This document shows positions 26,726 through 36,517 of a stretch of 64,000 bases of DNA, piece by piece (positions within the stretch are counted from its first letter, which is position 1; every line of letters begins with the position of its first letter). Made by a program: the position numbers and the translations under genes. Below the pieces are notes generated by a model. That model saw nothing but the letters and a program-made list of their open reading frames with translations, ran no database searches and was not told the DNA's origin. Origin of the DNA: Candidatus Rariloculaceae bacterium (GTDB lineage Bacteria > Pseudomonadota > Gammaproteobacteria > Steroidobacterales > Rariloculaceae); the NCBI GenBank assembly GCA_965204155.1, contig OZ241971.1, positions 128,100-192,099 of the forward strand. Direction: 5' to 3'.

Positions 26726-27647
26726 CGGTCAGTTCCTGCGGCAGCGGCGAACTGATCGCAAACGCCTCGCCGGAACCCGGCCAGTCGAACGCCAGCGCGT
26801 GCGCGTGCAGAAACATCCGTTTCAGGCCCTGCGCCAGCAAGTCGGCATTGAACTTCGGATCGCCGTATCGCGGGTCTCCCGCCAACGGATGGCCGGCGTG
26901 AGCCGCGTGAACGCGAATCTGATGGGTACGGCCCGTCCCGAGCGAGACTTCCACCAGCGTCGCCCGGTCGCCGAGGCGTTCGACGGCACGGAACCAGCTC
27001 AGGGCACGCTTTCCCGCCGGATCGACCCGGACGACGCTCTCGCCCCCGCGGCGCCGGGTGCTCAAACCAGCGTCCACCCTGGAAACCCCTCGTGGCCAGC
27101 GCCCCCGCACCAGGGCCAGGTAGCGCTTGCCCATGCCGCCGGTGCGCAGCAACTCGTGCAACTGCCGCAGCGCGGCACGCCGCTTCGCCACCAGCAGACA
27201 ACCCGAGGTGCCGCGGTCCAGGCGGTGCACCAGGTCCGCCGCGCGCAGTTCCGGCGAGAGGCTCCGCAGGGCCTCGATGCAACCGAAATCGACGCCGGTG
27301 CCTGCATGCACGGGCATGCCGGCCGGCTTGTCCAGCACCAGGATCCTGCGATCCTCGTACAGGATCCTGTCCGCCAGCCAGCGGACGCGGTTCGAAGCAA
27401 CCTCCGCCGGCCTTGAGCCGCGCCGGGATACCGGTGGCACGCGGACGCGATCGCCCTCCTTGAGGCGATAGCCGGCACGTACCCTGCCGCTGTTCACCCG
27501 CACCTGCCCCGAACGGATCAATCGGTAGACATGGCTGCGGGGAACCCCGGAGAGAGCGCCGAGAAGGAAGTTGTCCAGTCGTTGACCCACCGAACCCGCG
27601 TCAATGTCTCGGTAGTGGGCGGGTGGACGAGTGGCGGTCTGCTTCAT
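26664..27647 (-). CDS. rluC: 23S rRNA pseudouridine synthase RluC (RluA family)
   Basis: S4 domain (GQRLDNFLL...VYRLIRSGQVRVN) and catalytic HRLDRGTSGCLLVAK. Start at ATG 27647. Divergent from rne as in E. coli. The 3' end overlaps the convergent maf gene by 62 nt. Confidence 0.85.
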   Translation of the reverse strand: MKQTATRPPAHYRDIDAGSVGQRLDNFLLGALSGVPRSHVYRLIRSGQVRVNSGRVRAGYRLKEGDRVRVPPVSRRGSRPAEVASNRVRWLADRILYEDRRILVLDKPAGMPVHAGTGVDFGCIEALRSLSPELRAADLVHRLDRGTSGCLLVAKRRAALRQLHELLRTGGMGKRYLALVRGRWPRGVSRVDAGLSTRRRGGESVVRVDPAGKRALSWFRAVERLGDRATLVEVSLGTGRTHQIRVHAAHAGHPLAGDPRYGDPKFNADLLAQGLKRMFLHAHALAFDWPGSGEAFAISSPLPQELTAILGLLERPGPAPADRDRSP

Positions 27648-28163
27648 CGAATTCGGCTTCAGGGGGCTATGATATAGTACGCGACGCGACCCGGCGGCGC
27701 TGAAGCGCCGAGAAGGGGGTCCAGGCAATGGGGCGTGCCGGAAGGCACGCCAGCAATTACGGTTAATTTCGGCGGGTCCCGCAAGGATTGGCCCGCGGTT
27801 GTGTCCAGGCGATCGCGTTCTGTTCAGGATACGCTCCGAAGCGGGTCCATGTGTTTGACAAGCGGAACGTCGAGTCGCTGAGCTAGTTAGTGAAACAGTT
27901 TCCTGCCCGAATTTCCCGCCGGCAACCTGACGCGTGCGCCGGCTCAATCGCCATTGGAGGGCCCGCTTCCTCCCACGGATCACGGGTCGGCGCATCGCCT
28001 GTATTCCCCGGATCCGTCCAAGCGGAAATCCGCCCCCGGCGACATCCAGCCTGCTTCCACGGCAATGTCCGTGCGGCAGGCGGGCTCGAACACCTCAGTG
28101 CCGCCGCCTGGCAGACCGCGTTGCCGAACTCACGAGGGTTCGCCACCAACGGATCGAAACATC
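27648..28163 (+). promoter_or_regulatory. Long rne upstream region: rluC/rne divergent promoters and probable structured rne 5' leader
   Basis: 516-nt non-coding gap before rne. It contains perfect tetraloop hairpins such as GGCGTGCC-GGAA-GGCACGCC (27732-27751) and GGCGC-TGAA-GCGCC (about 27695). E. coli rne has a long autoregulatory 5' UTR. Confidence 0.4.
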
Positions 28164-30221
28164 ATGAAGCGAATGCTGGTAAATGCAACTCAGGAAGAAG
28201 AGTTGCGCGTGGCCATCGTGGATGGCCAGAGACTGTACGACCTTGACATAGAGGTACCTACAAGAGAACAACGCAAGTCCAACATCTACAAGGGGCGCAT
28301 TACCCGGCTGGAACCCAGCCTCGAGGCCGCCTTTGTAGACTACGGCGCCGCCCGCCACGGGTTCCTGCCTCTGAAGGAGGTCTCCAGGGAATATTTCCTC
28401 AGCGAACCCGCCGAGGGCGAGCGGGTCCACATCAAGGACGTCCTGAAGGAAAACCAGGACATCGTCGTCCAGGTGGAGAAGGAGGAACGCGGCAACAAGG
28501 GCGCCGCCCTGACCACCTTCGTCAGCCTGGCGGGCCGGTTCCTCGTACTGATGCCCAACAACCCCCGCGCGGGAGGCGTATCCCGGCGAATCACCGGCGA
28601 GGGCCGGGACTCGGTGCGCAAGGCGCTGGAAGAGTTGCAGCCCCCGGAGGAGATGGGCTGTATCGTCCGCACCGCAGGTGTGGGCAGAAGCATCGAGGAA
28701 CTGCGCTGGGACCTGGACTACCTGCTGAATGTCTGGGAAGCGATCAAGCAGGTGGTGGTCAGCCGGCCGTCGCCGTTCCTGATCTACCAGGAGGGCAACG
28801 CCATCGTGCGCGCCATCCGCGACCATTTCTCCAAGGAAATCGGCGAGATCCTCGTCGACCGTGAAGACATCTACGAGCAGGCCCGCGAATTCATGGAACA
28901 GGTGATGCCGCATAACCTGCGCAAGCTCAAGCACTACGACAACGCGCCCGTGCCGCTGTTTGCGCGATTCCAGATCGAGAGCCAGATCGAGTCGGCGTTC
29001 GCGCATACGGTCACGCTGCCATCCGGCGGAAGCATCGTCATCGATCACGCCGAGGCGCTGACGGCGATCGACATCAACTCCGCCCGCGCGACCAAGGGCG
29101 AGGATATCGAGTCCACGGCGCTGAATACCAATCTGGAGGCGGCCGAAGAGGTCGGACGCCAACTGCGAATTCGCGACCTGGGCGGTCTGATCGTGATCGA
29201 TTTCATCGACATGAGCGCCCACAAGCACCAGCGGGAGGTGGAAGGCCGTTTGCGGGCAGTGGTCAAGCTGGACCGGGCCCGCATCCAGATCGGCCGCATC
29301 TCGCGTTTCGGCCTGCTGGAGATGTCGCGGCAGCGATTGCGCCCATCCCTGGAGGAGTCGACACAGTCCGTGTGCGGGCGCTGCAACGGGATCGGACATG
29401 TGCGAAGCGTTGAATCGCTGGCGCTGGCGACCCTGCGCCTTGTCGGCGAGGAAGCTCGCAAGGAGCGCACTTCGAGGGTCGTCGCGCAGTTGCCGGTCGA
29501 AGTGAGCAACTACGTGCTCAACGAGAAACGGGACTGGATCAACCGGATCCAGCAAAGCAACAACGTGGATATCGTGCTCGTTGGCGACCGGTCTCTCGAG
29601 ACCCCCAACTACACCATCACACGCCTGCGGGACGACGAAGCCGGTCAGCCGGAGCATGCCGTGTCCAGCTACAAGCTGATGGAGTCGAAGCAGGACCCAT
29701 CGGACACCTACCGCAAACCGCCCAAGCATCCCAAACCCGAAAAGGCCGCTGTTGCGGGCGTTGTGCATCGCAAACCCGCGCCGAAACCCGCCAAGCGCAA
29801 GGCGAGTTCGAAACCCCGGCCCACCGGTTTGTGGCGCCGCCTGTTCGGATGGATGCTGCCCGAACCCGGGAAGCAGCGTCGCTCCGGTTCGAAACGATCC
29901 CGCAAGCGCAGTTCCCGCGGCGGCAAGCGTCAGGACCGCCGCCCGCGGCGGCCGAAGCGATCGCGCGGGCCGGCGAAGGGCCGGTCCGGCGGCACCTCCG
30001 ACGGCGGCAGGAAGAAAGCCCGGGGCGGCGGCAATCCGGAAGAACGCCGCAGCCGGCGATCCCGCAGGAGACGATCTTCGGGCGGTCGAAAGAGCGCACA
30101 GAAAAAGGCCGACAAGCAGCGCGGGCCGGAGCGCAAGGACAAGCAGAAGCCGGCACCGAAATCGCCACCGGCCGGATCCGGGAAGCCCGCAGCGCCACCG
30201 CCGGCCGCCGGTCAGGAATAG
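28164..30221 (+). CDS. rne: Ribonuclease E
   Basis: [30 protein letters not shown] canonical N-terminus, S1 and catalytic domains, [10 protein letters not shown] Zn-link, and an Arg/Lys/Pro-rich C-terminal tail. Confidence 0.9.
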   Translation: MKRMLVNATQEEELRVAIVDGQRLYDLDIEVPTREQRKSNIYKGRITRLEPSLEAAFVDYGAARHGFLPLKEVSREYFLSEPAEGERVHIKDVLKENQDIVVQVEKEERGNKGAALTTFVSLAGRFLVLMPNNPRAGGVSRRITGEGRDSVRKALEELQPPEEMGCIVRTAGVGRSIEELRWDLDYLLNVWEAIKQVVVSRPSPFLIYQEGNAIVRAIRDHFSKEIGEILVDREDIYEQAREFMEQVMPHNLRKLKHYDNAPVPLFARFQIESQIESAFAHTVTLPSGGSIVIDHAEALTAIDINSARATKGEDIESTALNTNLEAAEEVGRQLRIRDLGGLIVIDFIDMSAHKHQREVEGRLRAVVKLDRARIQIGRISRFGLLEMSRQRLRPSLEESTQSVCGRCNGIGHVRSVESLALATLRLVGEEARKERTSRVVAQLPVEVSNYVLNEKRDWINRIQQSNNVDIVLVGDRSLETPNYTITRLRDDEAGQPEHAVSSYKLMESKQDPSDTYRKPPKHPKPEKAAVAGVVHRKPAPKPAKRKASSKPRPTGLWRRLFGWMLPEPGKQRRSGSKRSRKRSSRGGKRQDRRPRRPKRSRGPAKGRSGGTSDGGRKKARGGGNPEERRSRRSRRRRSSGGRKSAQKKADKQRGPERKDKQKPAPKSPPAGSGKPAAPPPAAGQE

Positions 30222-30296
30222 TCAGTCCATTGAATCCGGACTGTCACGTCCGGGTCACGAGGGAGTCACACCAAACGGGCGCCCATCGGGTCCCGG

Positions 30297-31391
30297 CTAT
30301 TGCGACAGCCAGACGATGAACCGTTCGTTCATTTCATCGGCGTTGTCGCTCCACCAGTTCCAGTCATTTCGCAAGGCGCGTTGTGTATGCTCCGGCGTGT
30401 TGGGCATGTGCGGCCGCATCTCCACCCCGGTCTCCAGGTGCGTCGACACCAGCGCCTCCGCGGACCTGCGCACCGGGCTGTAGGCAATGTACCGAGTAAT
30501 CCTGGCCATGGAGGCCGGCCGCGCGACAAAGTGCACGAACTCAAGCGCCTCGGCCAGCCGGGGCGTCCCGGCCACGATGCCCATGGGACCCGAATCGAGG
30601 ACCTGCCCGTCCCAGACAATCACGAACGGTTGATCCTCCAGCACCTGGGCATTGAAGATTCGCCCGTTGTACGCCGTACTCATGACGACCTCGCCGTCGG
30701 CGAGCATCTGCGGCGGCTGGGCCCCCGCTTCCCACCAGACGATCCGGTCCTTGATGGTATCGAGCTTGCGGAATGCCCGGGCCAGACCCTCCTCCGTGTC
30801 CAGCACGGCGTAAACGACTTCGATCGCCACACCGTCGGCCATGAGCGCGAATTCCAGGTTCACCTGCGGCGAGCGGCGCATGCCCCGCCTGCCCGGAAAA
30901 CGTTCCAGGTCGAAGAAATCGTTGATCGTTTCCGGCTTCTCGCCGGTGATAACGTCAGAGTTGTATGCGTACACCGTGGAGTAGAAGAGCGTTCCGGCGC
31001 CGCACTCGCTGAGCGTTTCCGGATAGTAGTCCTCCTCGGGGCTGGACCCGTCCGCGCCCGGCGGCAGGTCCGCGTAATCGATGAGCTCCAACAGGCCCTC
31101 GTCGCAACCGCGAACGGCGTCGGCCAGTTCCAGGTCCACCACGTCCCAGTACACGGCCCCCGACTCGACCTGCGCGCGAATCTGGGCGAGGCCTCCGTTG
31201 TAGGCCTCGAGCCGGATTTCAATCCCGGTCTCTTCCGTAAACGGCTTGTGGTACGCCTCCTCGCTGGCCCGGGCGTAGGAGCCGCCCCAGGACACTACGG
31301 TGATGGACTGTGCCGGCAATGGGGCGCTCAGGAAACAAAGCGCCAATGCCGCTGTCATTGATGCAAACGGACGCGGGAACGGATACTTCAT
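30297..31391 (-). CDS. Periplasmic solute-binding protein of an ABC transporter (family 1, polyamine-binding-like)
   Basis: Signal peptide, then ITVVSWGGSYARASEEAYHKPFTEETGIEI, typical of PotD/PotF-like binding proteins. No permease or ATPase gene is adjacent. Confidence 0.7.
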   Translation of the reverse strand: MKYPFPRPFASMTAALALCFLSAPLPAQSITVVSWGGSYARASEEAYHKPFTEETGIEIRLEAYNGGLAQIRAQVESGAVYWDVVDLELADAVRGCDEGLLELIDYADLPPGADGSSPEEDYYPETLSECGAGTLFYSTVYAYNSDVITGEKPETINDFFDLERFPGRRGMRRSPQVNLEFALMADGVAIEVVYAVLDTEEGLARAFRKLDTIKDRIVWWEAGAQPPQMLADGEVVMSTAYNGRIFNAQVLEDQPFVIVWDGQVLDSGPMGIVAGTPRLAEALEFVHFVARPASMARITRYIAYSPVRRSAEALVSTHLETGVEMRPHMPNTPEHTQRALRNDWNWWSDNADEMNERFIVWLSQ

Positions 31392-31445
31392 GGTCTAATT
31401 TCCTCTTCAGGGGCCGTTGCCGCGGCCCGCAGGTACGATACGCGC

Positions 31446-32039
31446 CTACCTCTGAAGGTACGCAAGCAAGCCCAGAGACGCCTCTTCGACGAGGTCGAGT
31501 ACGTACTCGAAACCCGTCGCACCGCCATAGTAGGGATCCGGCACGCTGTCGCGTCCCGCCTCCGGCGCGAATTCCAGGAACAACCGGATACGGGATCGAT
31601 ACTCGGGCGGGCTGATTCCCGACAGCATCCGGAAATTGTCCTCATCCATGGCCAGCACCAGGTCGAACGCGGAGAAATCCGCGGTGCTCACCCGTCGCGC
31701 CCTCTGGTCGGTGAGGTCGATCCCGCGCCGGGCAGCGGCGCGGCAGGCGCGATGGTCCGGCGGCTCGCCCACGTGGTAGGCGTGAGTGCCCGCCGAGTCC
31801 ACATGCACGTTCAGATCCGGCGCACGCGTTTGCAGAGTCTGCCTGAAAACACCTTCCGCGGTGGGCGAACGGCAAATGTTCCCCATGCACACGAACAGGA
31901 CCCGTGCTGTCGGCTCCGACTCACCCGACTTTGCCGCCGTGCCGGCGAATCTGCCGCGCTCGCCCGCACGGCGATTATCTATGGGTCCCTTCACTTGACT
32001 GCCCGTCGCACGCACTCGGTCAATGAAATTTGCGCACAA
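31446..32039 (-). CDS. Low-molecular-weight protein-tyrosine phosphatase
   Basis: VLFVCMGNICRSPTAEG P-loop (CX5R-S) and the DPYYG motif. The start is uncertain: the ORF-track start is a TTG about 55 codons before the P-loop, and an in-frame GTG lies at 31994. Confidence 0.85.
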   Translation of the reverse strand: MCANFIDRVRATGSQVKGPIDNRRAGERGRFAGTAAKSGESEPTARVLFVCMGNICRSPTAEGVFRQTLQTRAPDLNVHVDSAGTHAYHVGEPPDHRACRAAARRGIDLTDQRARRVSTADFSAFDLVLAMDEDNFRMLSGISPPEYRSRIRLFLEFAPEAGRDSVPDPYYGGATGFEYVLDLVEEASLGLLAYLQR

Positions 32040-32112
32040 GTCTTGGTTACTTCGCCGGTGGCGTCAAGAGCGGCGCAGACCTGTGCCCATGGGCTTGGAT
32101 AGAATACGGTGA

Positions 32113-33294
32113 ATGCGTCTCCGGCTCGCAATCCTCTGTCTCCTGCTCTGTCTGGCGAACGGCGAACAGATCGCCTTCGGCCACGGTGGCGTGGTGCTGG
32201 AAGAGGACCTCTGCGTCATCAACATCGGTTACCTCCAGGCGCACTTCAAGATCTATCTCCCCCAGGAACATCAGCGGCAGGAGTTCTGCGAAGACATTCC
32301 TTCCACCGGCGAAAGCCTGTTCGTCATGGAGTACCTCCATCCGGGACTGGATGAGGCGACCATCGACTTCCGCGTGATCAGGAATGTCACCGGACTGGGG
32401 CGTTTTGCGATGTGGGAGGATGTGGCCCGGATTGCCGATCTGGATGAAGTCACGGTTTTCTACCATGCGCCTGCCATCGTCCCGGGCGTTTACAGCGTGG
32501 TCCATCGCTTTGACGAACCCGGCGAGTTCATCGGCATCGTCACCGCGGCGCCAGGCGATGGAGGCGCGCCATACACCGTTGTATTTCCCTTCGAGGTGGG
32601 GTTCACCGGATTCGGAACATGGCCGCTCATCCTGATCGCCATCGCCGTCCTGCAACTGCACCTCTGGTATTCCGGCGGACGTTTACAACGCCGGTTCGGA
32701 TGGGTGCGGCACCGCTTCGGATGGTTTCAGCGCCGATTCGGATGGCCGCAACGCCGGCTCGGATTGTTGCGGCGCCGGCTCGGACGCTTGAGCCCGTGGG
32801 GTATCGGCGCTGTCGCAATATTGGGGTGCGCGTTCTGGTTTGCCTCCGTGGCACAGGGAAACCAGGCCAACGGCCTGTCCGAAGCCGAATCCCGGATACC
32901 ATCACGTGCCGGCCTCTCCGAAGCCGAATCCGGAATACCTTCGCGTTCCGGCTTCTCCGAAATCGAATCCCGGATAGCTTCGCGTGCCGGTCACTTTCAG
33001 GTGGCCGTTGCGCCCGACCTGGAACCGCTGGCCATCAACACGATCCACCGCTGGGTCGTGGAGGTACTGTCCGCCGAAGGCGCGCCGGCGCCGTCCGCGG
33101 AAATCACCGTCCGCGGCGGCATGCCGGCTCACGACCACGGATTGCCGACACGCCCGGAGGCGACCCGCTACCTCGGGGAAGGCCGTTACCTCATCGAGGG
33201 CATGCGCTTTCACATGGCCGGGTACTGGCAAGTGATCCTCGGCATCGAAACGGACGCGCACAACGACGAAGTCGTGATCCCCCTGGAGTTGTAG
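32113..33294 (+). CDS. Two-TM membrane protein with two periplasmic domains (the C-terminal one YtkA/FixH-like) and two internal tandem repeats
   Basis: Signal peptide plus a roughly 150-aa N-terminal domain. TM1 is WPLILIAIAVLQL and is followed by an Arg-rich repeat loop. TM2 is GIGAVAILGCAFWF and is followed by a 13-aa x3 repeat. The C-terminal segment VAPDLEPLAINTIHRWVVEV...GGMPAHDHGL...GMRFHMAGYWQV resembles YtkA-like domains. Assignment by recollection only. Confidence 0.6.
   Translation: MRLRLAILCLLLCLANGEQIAFGHGGVVLEEDLCVINIGYLQAHFKIYLPQEHQRQEFCEDIPSTGESLFVMEYLHPGLDEATIDFRVIRNVTGLGRFAMWEDVARIADLDEVTVFYHAPAIVPGVYSVVHRFDEPGEFIGIVTAAPGDGGAPYTVVFPFEVGFTGFGTWPLILIAIAVLQLHLWYSGGRLQRRFGWVRHRFGWFQRRFGWPQRRLGLLRRRLGRLSPWGIGAVAILGCAFWFASVAQGNQANGLSEAESRIPSRAGLSEAESGIPSRSGFSEIESRIASRAGHFQVAVAPDLEPLAINTIHRWVVEVLSAEGAPAPSAEITVRGGMPAHDHGLPTRPEATRYLGEGRYLIEGMRFHMAGYWQVILGIETDAHNDEVVIPLEL
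32686..32790 (+). repeat. 5 x 21-nt in-frame tandem repeat inside CDS 32113..33294
   Basis: Units caacgccggttcggatgggtg / cggcaccgcttcggatggttt / cagcgccgattcggatggccg / caacgccggctcggattgttg / cggcgccggctcggacgcttg encode QRRFGWV RHRFGWF QRRFGWP QRRLGLL RRRLGRL. Confidence 0.9.
32872..32988 (+). repeat. 3 x 39-nt in-frame tandem repeat inside CDS 32113..33294
   Basis: Units encode GLSEAESRIPSRA / GLSEAESGIPSRS / GFSEIESRIASRA. Confidence 0.9.
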
Positions 33295-34607
33295 TGTCGC
33301 GCGCCGGATTCGCGAGCATCGCCATCGGCCTTGCTGTCGCGCTGGCTGGCGCGGCGTGGTACTCCCTGCGGCCGGCAGAACAGCCGGTCTGGACGGACCA
33401 TGAGCTGGACATGATGGAATCGCTGTGGATCGCCAATCTGCCTCCCCTGCCTCCGGACCCATCCAATGCCGTCGCCGACGACCCCCGTGCCGCCCGATTC
33501 GGTCATCGCCTGTTCTTCGATCCCCGCCTCAGCGGCAACGGCGAATTCGCGTGCTCGAGTTGCCATCAACCGGAGCGCCGCTTCACCGACGGCCGTCTCA
33601 TCGGCGCGGCGCTGGGCGAGTCGAAGCGCAATACGCCGAGCATCGTGGGCACGGCCTACAGTCCCTGGCTCTACTGGGACGGACGCAAGGACAGCCAATG
33701 GTCCCAGGCATTGTCGCCGCTTGAAGACCCCAACGAACAGGGCGGTAACCGGGTCGCTCTCGCCCGGCTCATCGCCGGCGATCCGGAGTACCGCCAAGCC
33801 TATACGGCGTTGTTCGGCACACTGCCCGATCTGTCGGATGCCGATCGGATTCCGGTCGCGGCAGGACCGATTCCCGGTACGTCGCTGGAAACCGACTGGA
33901 ACGCGATGGATCCCGCCGACCGGGAGGCGATCACGCGCGTCTTCGTGAATATCGGCAAGGCCATCGCGGCCTACGAGCGGCTGCTCGTGCCCGGGCCGTC
34001 GCGGCTCGACCGCTACATCGAGGCGATCTCCCAGGGACATGCGTCGCAGGCCGGCAACATTCTGACTACTGAAGAGGCCACCGGATTGCGCCTGTTCATG
34101 GGCAAGGCCCGCTGCATCGAATGCCACAACGGGCCGCTGCTGACCAACAACGAATTTCACAACACGGGGATCATTTCCGCGGCGGGGAAGATTCCCGATC
34201 GGGGCCGAATCGACGGTATTCGCCTGGTGCGGAACGACCCCTTCAATTGCCTGAGCGACTTCAGCGACGACCCGGTGAAGGATTGCGCCGAGCTTCGTTT
34301 CGCCCGCACGGGGGCCGAGGTCGTGGGCGCGCTACGGACACCGTCGCTGCGTAACCTGCAAGGTACAGCGCCCTACTCGCACCAGGGGCAGATACCATCC
34401 CTGGAACAGATGATGCTGCACTACGATCGCGCACCGCTCTCCATGATCGGCCACAACGAGGCCAAGCCGCTGGGCCTGAGTCGGCGGGAACGCGCCCAGC
34501 TCGAAGCATTCCTCGCAACCCTGGACGCACTGCCGGCAACCGCTGCACAGTGGCTGGCCCCACCGGCCGAATCGGTGGCGGGTACCGGGAACCCGGCGAC
34601 TCCGTGA
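33294..34607 (+). CDS. Di-haem cytochrome c peroxidase / MauG-family enzyme
   Basis: Two CxxCH motifs (CSSCHQPE, CIECHNGP), the LYWDGRKDS family motif and an N-terminal TM/signal anchor. The GTG start at 33294 overlaps the TAG of the upstream gene (TAGTG). Confidence 0.85.
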   Translation: MSRAGFASIAIGLAVALAGAAWYSLRPAEQPVWTDHELDMMESLWIANLPPLPPDPSNAVADDPRAARFGHRLFFDPRLSGNGEFACSSCHQPERRFTDGRLIGAALGESKRNTPSIVGTAYSPWLYWDGRKDSQWSQALSPLEDPNEQGGNRVALARLIAGDPEYRQAYTALFGTLPDLSDADRIPVAAGPIPGTSLETDWNAMDPADREAITRVFVNIGKAIAAYERLLVPGPSRLDRYIEAISQGHASQAGNILTTEEATGLRLFMGKARCIECHNGPLLTNNEFHNTGIISAAGKIPDRGRIDGIRLVRNDPFNCLSDFSDDPVKDCAELRFARTGAEVVGALRTPSLRNLQGTAPYSHQGQIPSLEQMMLHYDRAPLSMIGHNEAKPLGLSRRERAQLEAFLATLDALPATAAQWLAPPAESVAGTGNPATP

Positions 34608-34693
34608 AACTTGCCTGGGCAGGCGTTGCTTGCCATTGGCGGAGGGATGCACTGACCGGGACCCCGCCGACGCCCTGAATCCCGGGCCGGCCG

Positions 34694-35440
34694 TCAGGTT
34701 GCGCGCTGCGACAACAGACGGCGCACGGTGTGCAGGTCCTCCTCCGTATCCACGCCCCTGGGGGGGATTTCACAGGCCTGGGCAACAACAATCGGGATGC
34801 CGAGCCATAACGCGCGAAGCTGTTCCAGCCGCTCCTGCAGCTCCAGGCCGCAAGGCCCCGCCCCGGTGAATGCTCTCAGCGCCGCGACACGATAGCCGTA
34901 CAGTCCCACATGGCGCATCGCATTCGCGACCGGCCCTTCGCCGCCGCGCGGCCAGGGAATTCGCGCGCGACTGAAGTACAGGGCCCTGGAACGCCTGTCC
35001 GTGACCACCTTGACCACGTTGGGATCGTCCCACTCGGCGAGATCCGCGATCGGCGTTGCAAGCGTCGCCATTCCCGCCTCGGGATCGCCATCCAGCAGCC
35101 CCGCAACCTGTGACACCAGCGCCGGCGGCAACAAGGGTTCATCGCCCTGGACGTTGACGACCACCCGCTCGTCGGGCCAGCCGAGGCGTCTCGCCACCTC
35201 CGCTATCCGGTCAGTACCGCTGGCGTGGGTGCTGTCGGTCATCTCCGCCCGGGCGCCGAAACGGCCGCACGCTTCGGCGATGCGCGTGTCATCGGTGGCC
35301 ACGAGCACCTCCACCGCACCACAGGCCGCGGCAGCTTCGTAGACCCACTGGATCATCGGCCGGCCGCAGAGGTCGGCAAGCGGTTTGCCGGGAAGCCGCG
35401 CGGCGCCGTGGCGCGCCGGAATCACTACGGCGAAATCCAC
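34694..35440 (-). CDS. kdsB: 3-deoxy-manno-octulosonate cytidylyltransferase
   Basis: [18 protein letters not shown]-terminal motif. GTG start at 35440, 5 nt after GAGGAG, overlapping the lpxK stop by 16 nt. Confidence 0.85.
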   Translation of the reverse strand: MDFAVVIPARHGAARLPGKPLADLCGRPMIQWVYEAAAACGAVEVLVATDDTRIAEACGRFGARAEMTDSTHASGTDRIAEVARRLGWPDERVVVNVQGDEPLLPPALVSQVAGLLDGDPEAGMATLATPIADLAEWDDPNVVKVVTDRRSRALYFSRARIPWPRGGEGPVANAMRHVGLYGYRVAALRAFTGAGPCGLELQERLEQLRALWLGIPIVVAQACEIPPRGVDTEEDLHTVRRLLSQRAT

Positions 35441-36450
35441 TGCCGCTCCTCGATGCGTTTCAGCACCCGGTCCATCAGTCCGGCGGAGGCCTCCGGCCGT
35501 AACGACAGCTTGATGGGGACGCACCACACGTCGTCATGGGCGATGCCCTCGCACTTGACCGCATCCTTTTCCGTCAACAGTACGGGCGCCGAATCGTCGA
35601 AGCGCAGATCGGCGGCGTCGATGGACGCATGATCGGGTAACGGATGCTCGATCACCTGCAGACCGGCCGCCGTCAACATGCGAAAAAACCGTTCCGGATG
35701 ACCGATCGCCGCGACGGCGTGAACCGGCATCCCCCGAAACGACTCCAGCGATTTGAGGGCAATCCCCGTCAACTGGCGCACGTCCTGCACGCTCGGCTCT
35801 GCGCGAAAGTTTTCCCCGATATCTTCATCCGGTAACCAATTGCCCCCGTTGACCACCACGGCACCCGCTTTGGCGAGCCGGTCGCGTCCCTCCCGCAGGG
35901 GACCCGCCGGCAGGCACATCCCGTTGCCGAGGCCCCGCGCGCCGTCCACCACCACGATCTCCATGATCCGTCCCAGCGCGAGGTGCTGCAAGCCGTCGTC
36001 GGCCAGCAGGACGTCCACCTGCTCGCGGTCCAGGAGTGCCTGCGCGGCCTTCACTCGATTCGGGCCGACGCTGACGGGACAGTTCGCGGTACGCGCCAGC
36101 AACACGGCCTCGTCCCCGACCCGGGCCGGATCGCTGTCGCGATGGACCGCCTGCGGCCATGTCCCCGCTCGGCCCCGGTATCCGCGGCTGACGATGCCGA
36201 CACTGAATCCCCGCTGCCGCAACTCCTCGGCCAGCCAGATGACCAGCGGCGTCTTGCCGGTACCGCCCACCGTGAGGTTTCCGACCACCACGACCGGCAC
36301 GGGCAATTTCGTCACCGGCCTGATGCGCCAGCGGTACATCAGACGCCTGAGGCCGGCGATCCACCGGTAACAGACGCCAAGGGGCCACAGCAACCAGCGG
36401 CATGGACTTCGCCCATACCAGATCCGATCCATGACCCGCGACAGGCTCAT
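35425..36450 (-). CDS. lpxK: Tetraacyldisaccharide 4'-kinase
   Basis: MDRIWY...[20 protein letters not shown]-loop. Start at ATG 36450 (alternative 36432). Confidence 0.85.
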   Translation of the reverse strand: MSLSRVMDRIWYGRSPCRWLLWPLGVCYRWIAGLRRLMYRWRIRPVTKLPVPVVVVGNLTVGGTGKTPLVIWLAEELRQRGFSVGIVSRGYRGRAGTWPQAVHRDSDPARVGDEAVLLARTANCPVSVGPNRVKAAQALLDREQVDVLLADDGLQHLALGRIMEIVVVDGARGLGNGMCLPAGPLREGRDRLAKAGAVVVNGGNWLPDEDIGENFRAEPSVQDVRQLTGIALKSLESFRGMPVHAVAAIGHPERFFRMLTAAGLQVIEHPLPDHASIDAADLRFDDSAPVLLTEKDAVKCEGIAHDDVWCVPIKLSLRPEASAGLMDRVLKRIEERQWISP

Positions 36451-36517
36451 CGGGGCGTGCACACATTCCGGAGAATCATTCGGGACCGTTCTGTCCGGAA
36501 AGCACGCCCACCGGGCC

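Noticed and set aside
30237-30254. Hairpin CCGGAC-tgtcac-GTCCGG after rne as an intrinsic terminator
   Set aside because: The stem is only 6 bp and no U-tract follows on either strand. This is too weak to call.
32686-32988. Tandem repeats as a possible CRISPR array or minisatellite outside genes
   Set aside because: The units are contiguous with no spacers, their lengths are multiples of 3, and they keep one long ORF open with coherent peptide repeats. They are coding repeats, not a CRISPR array.
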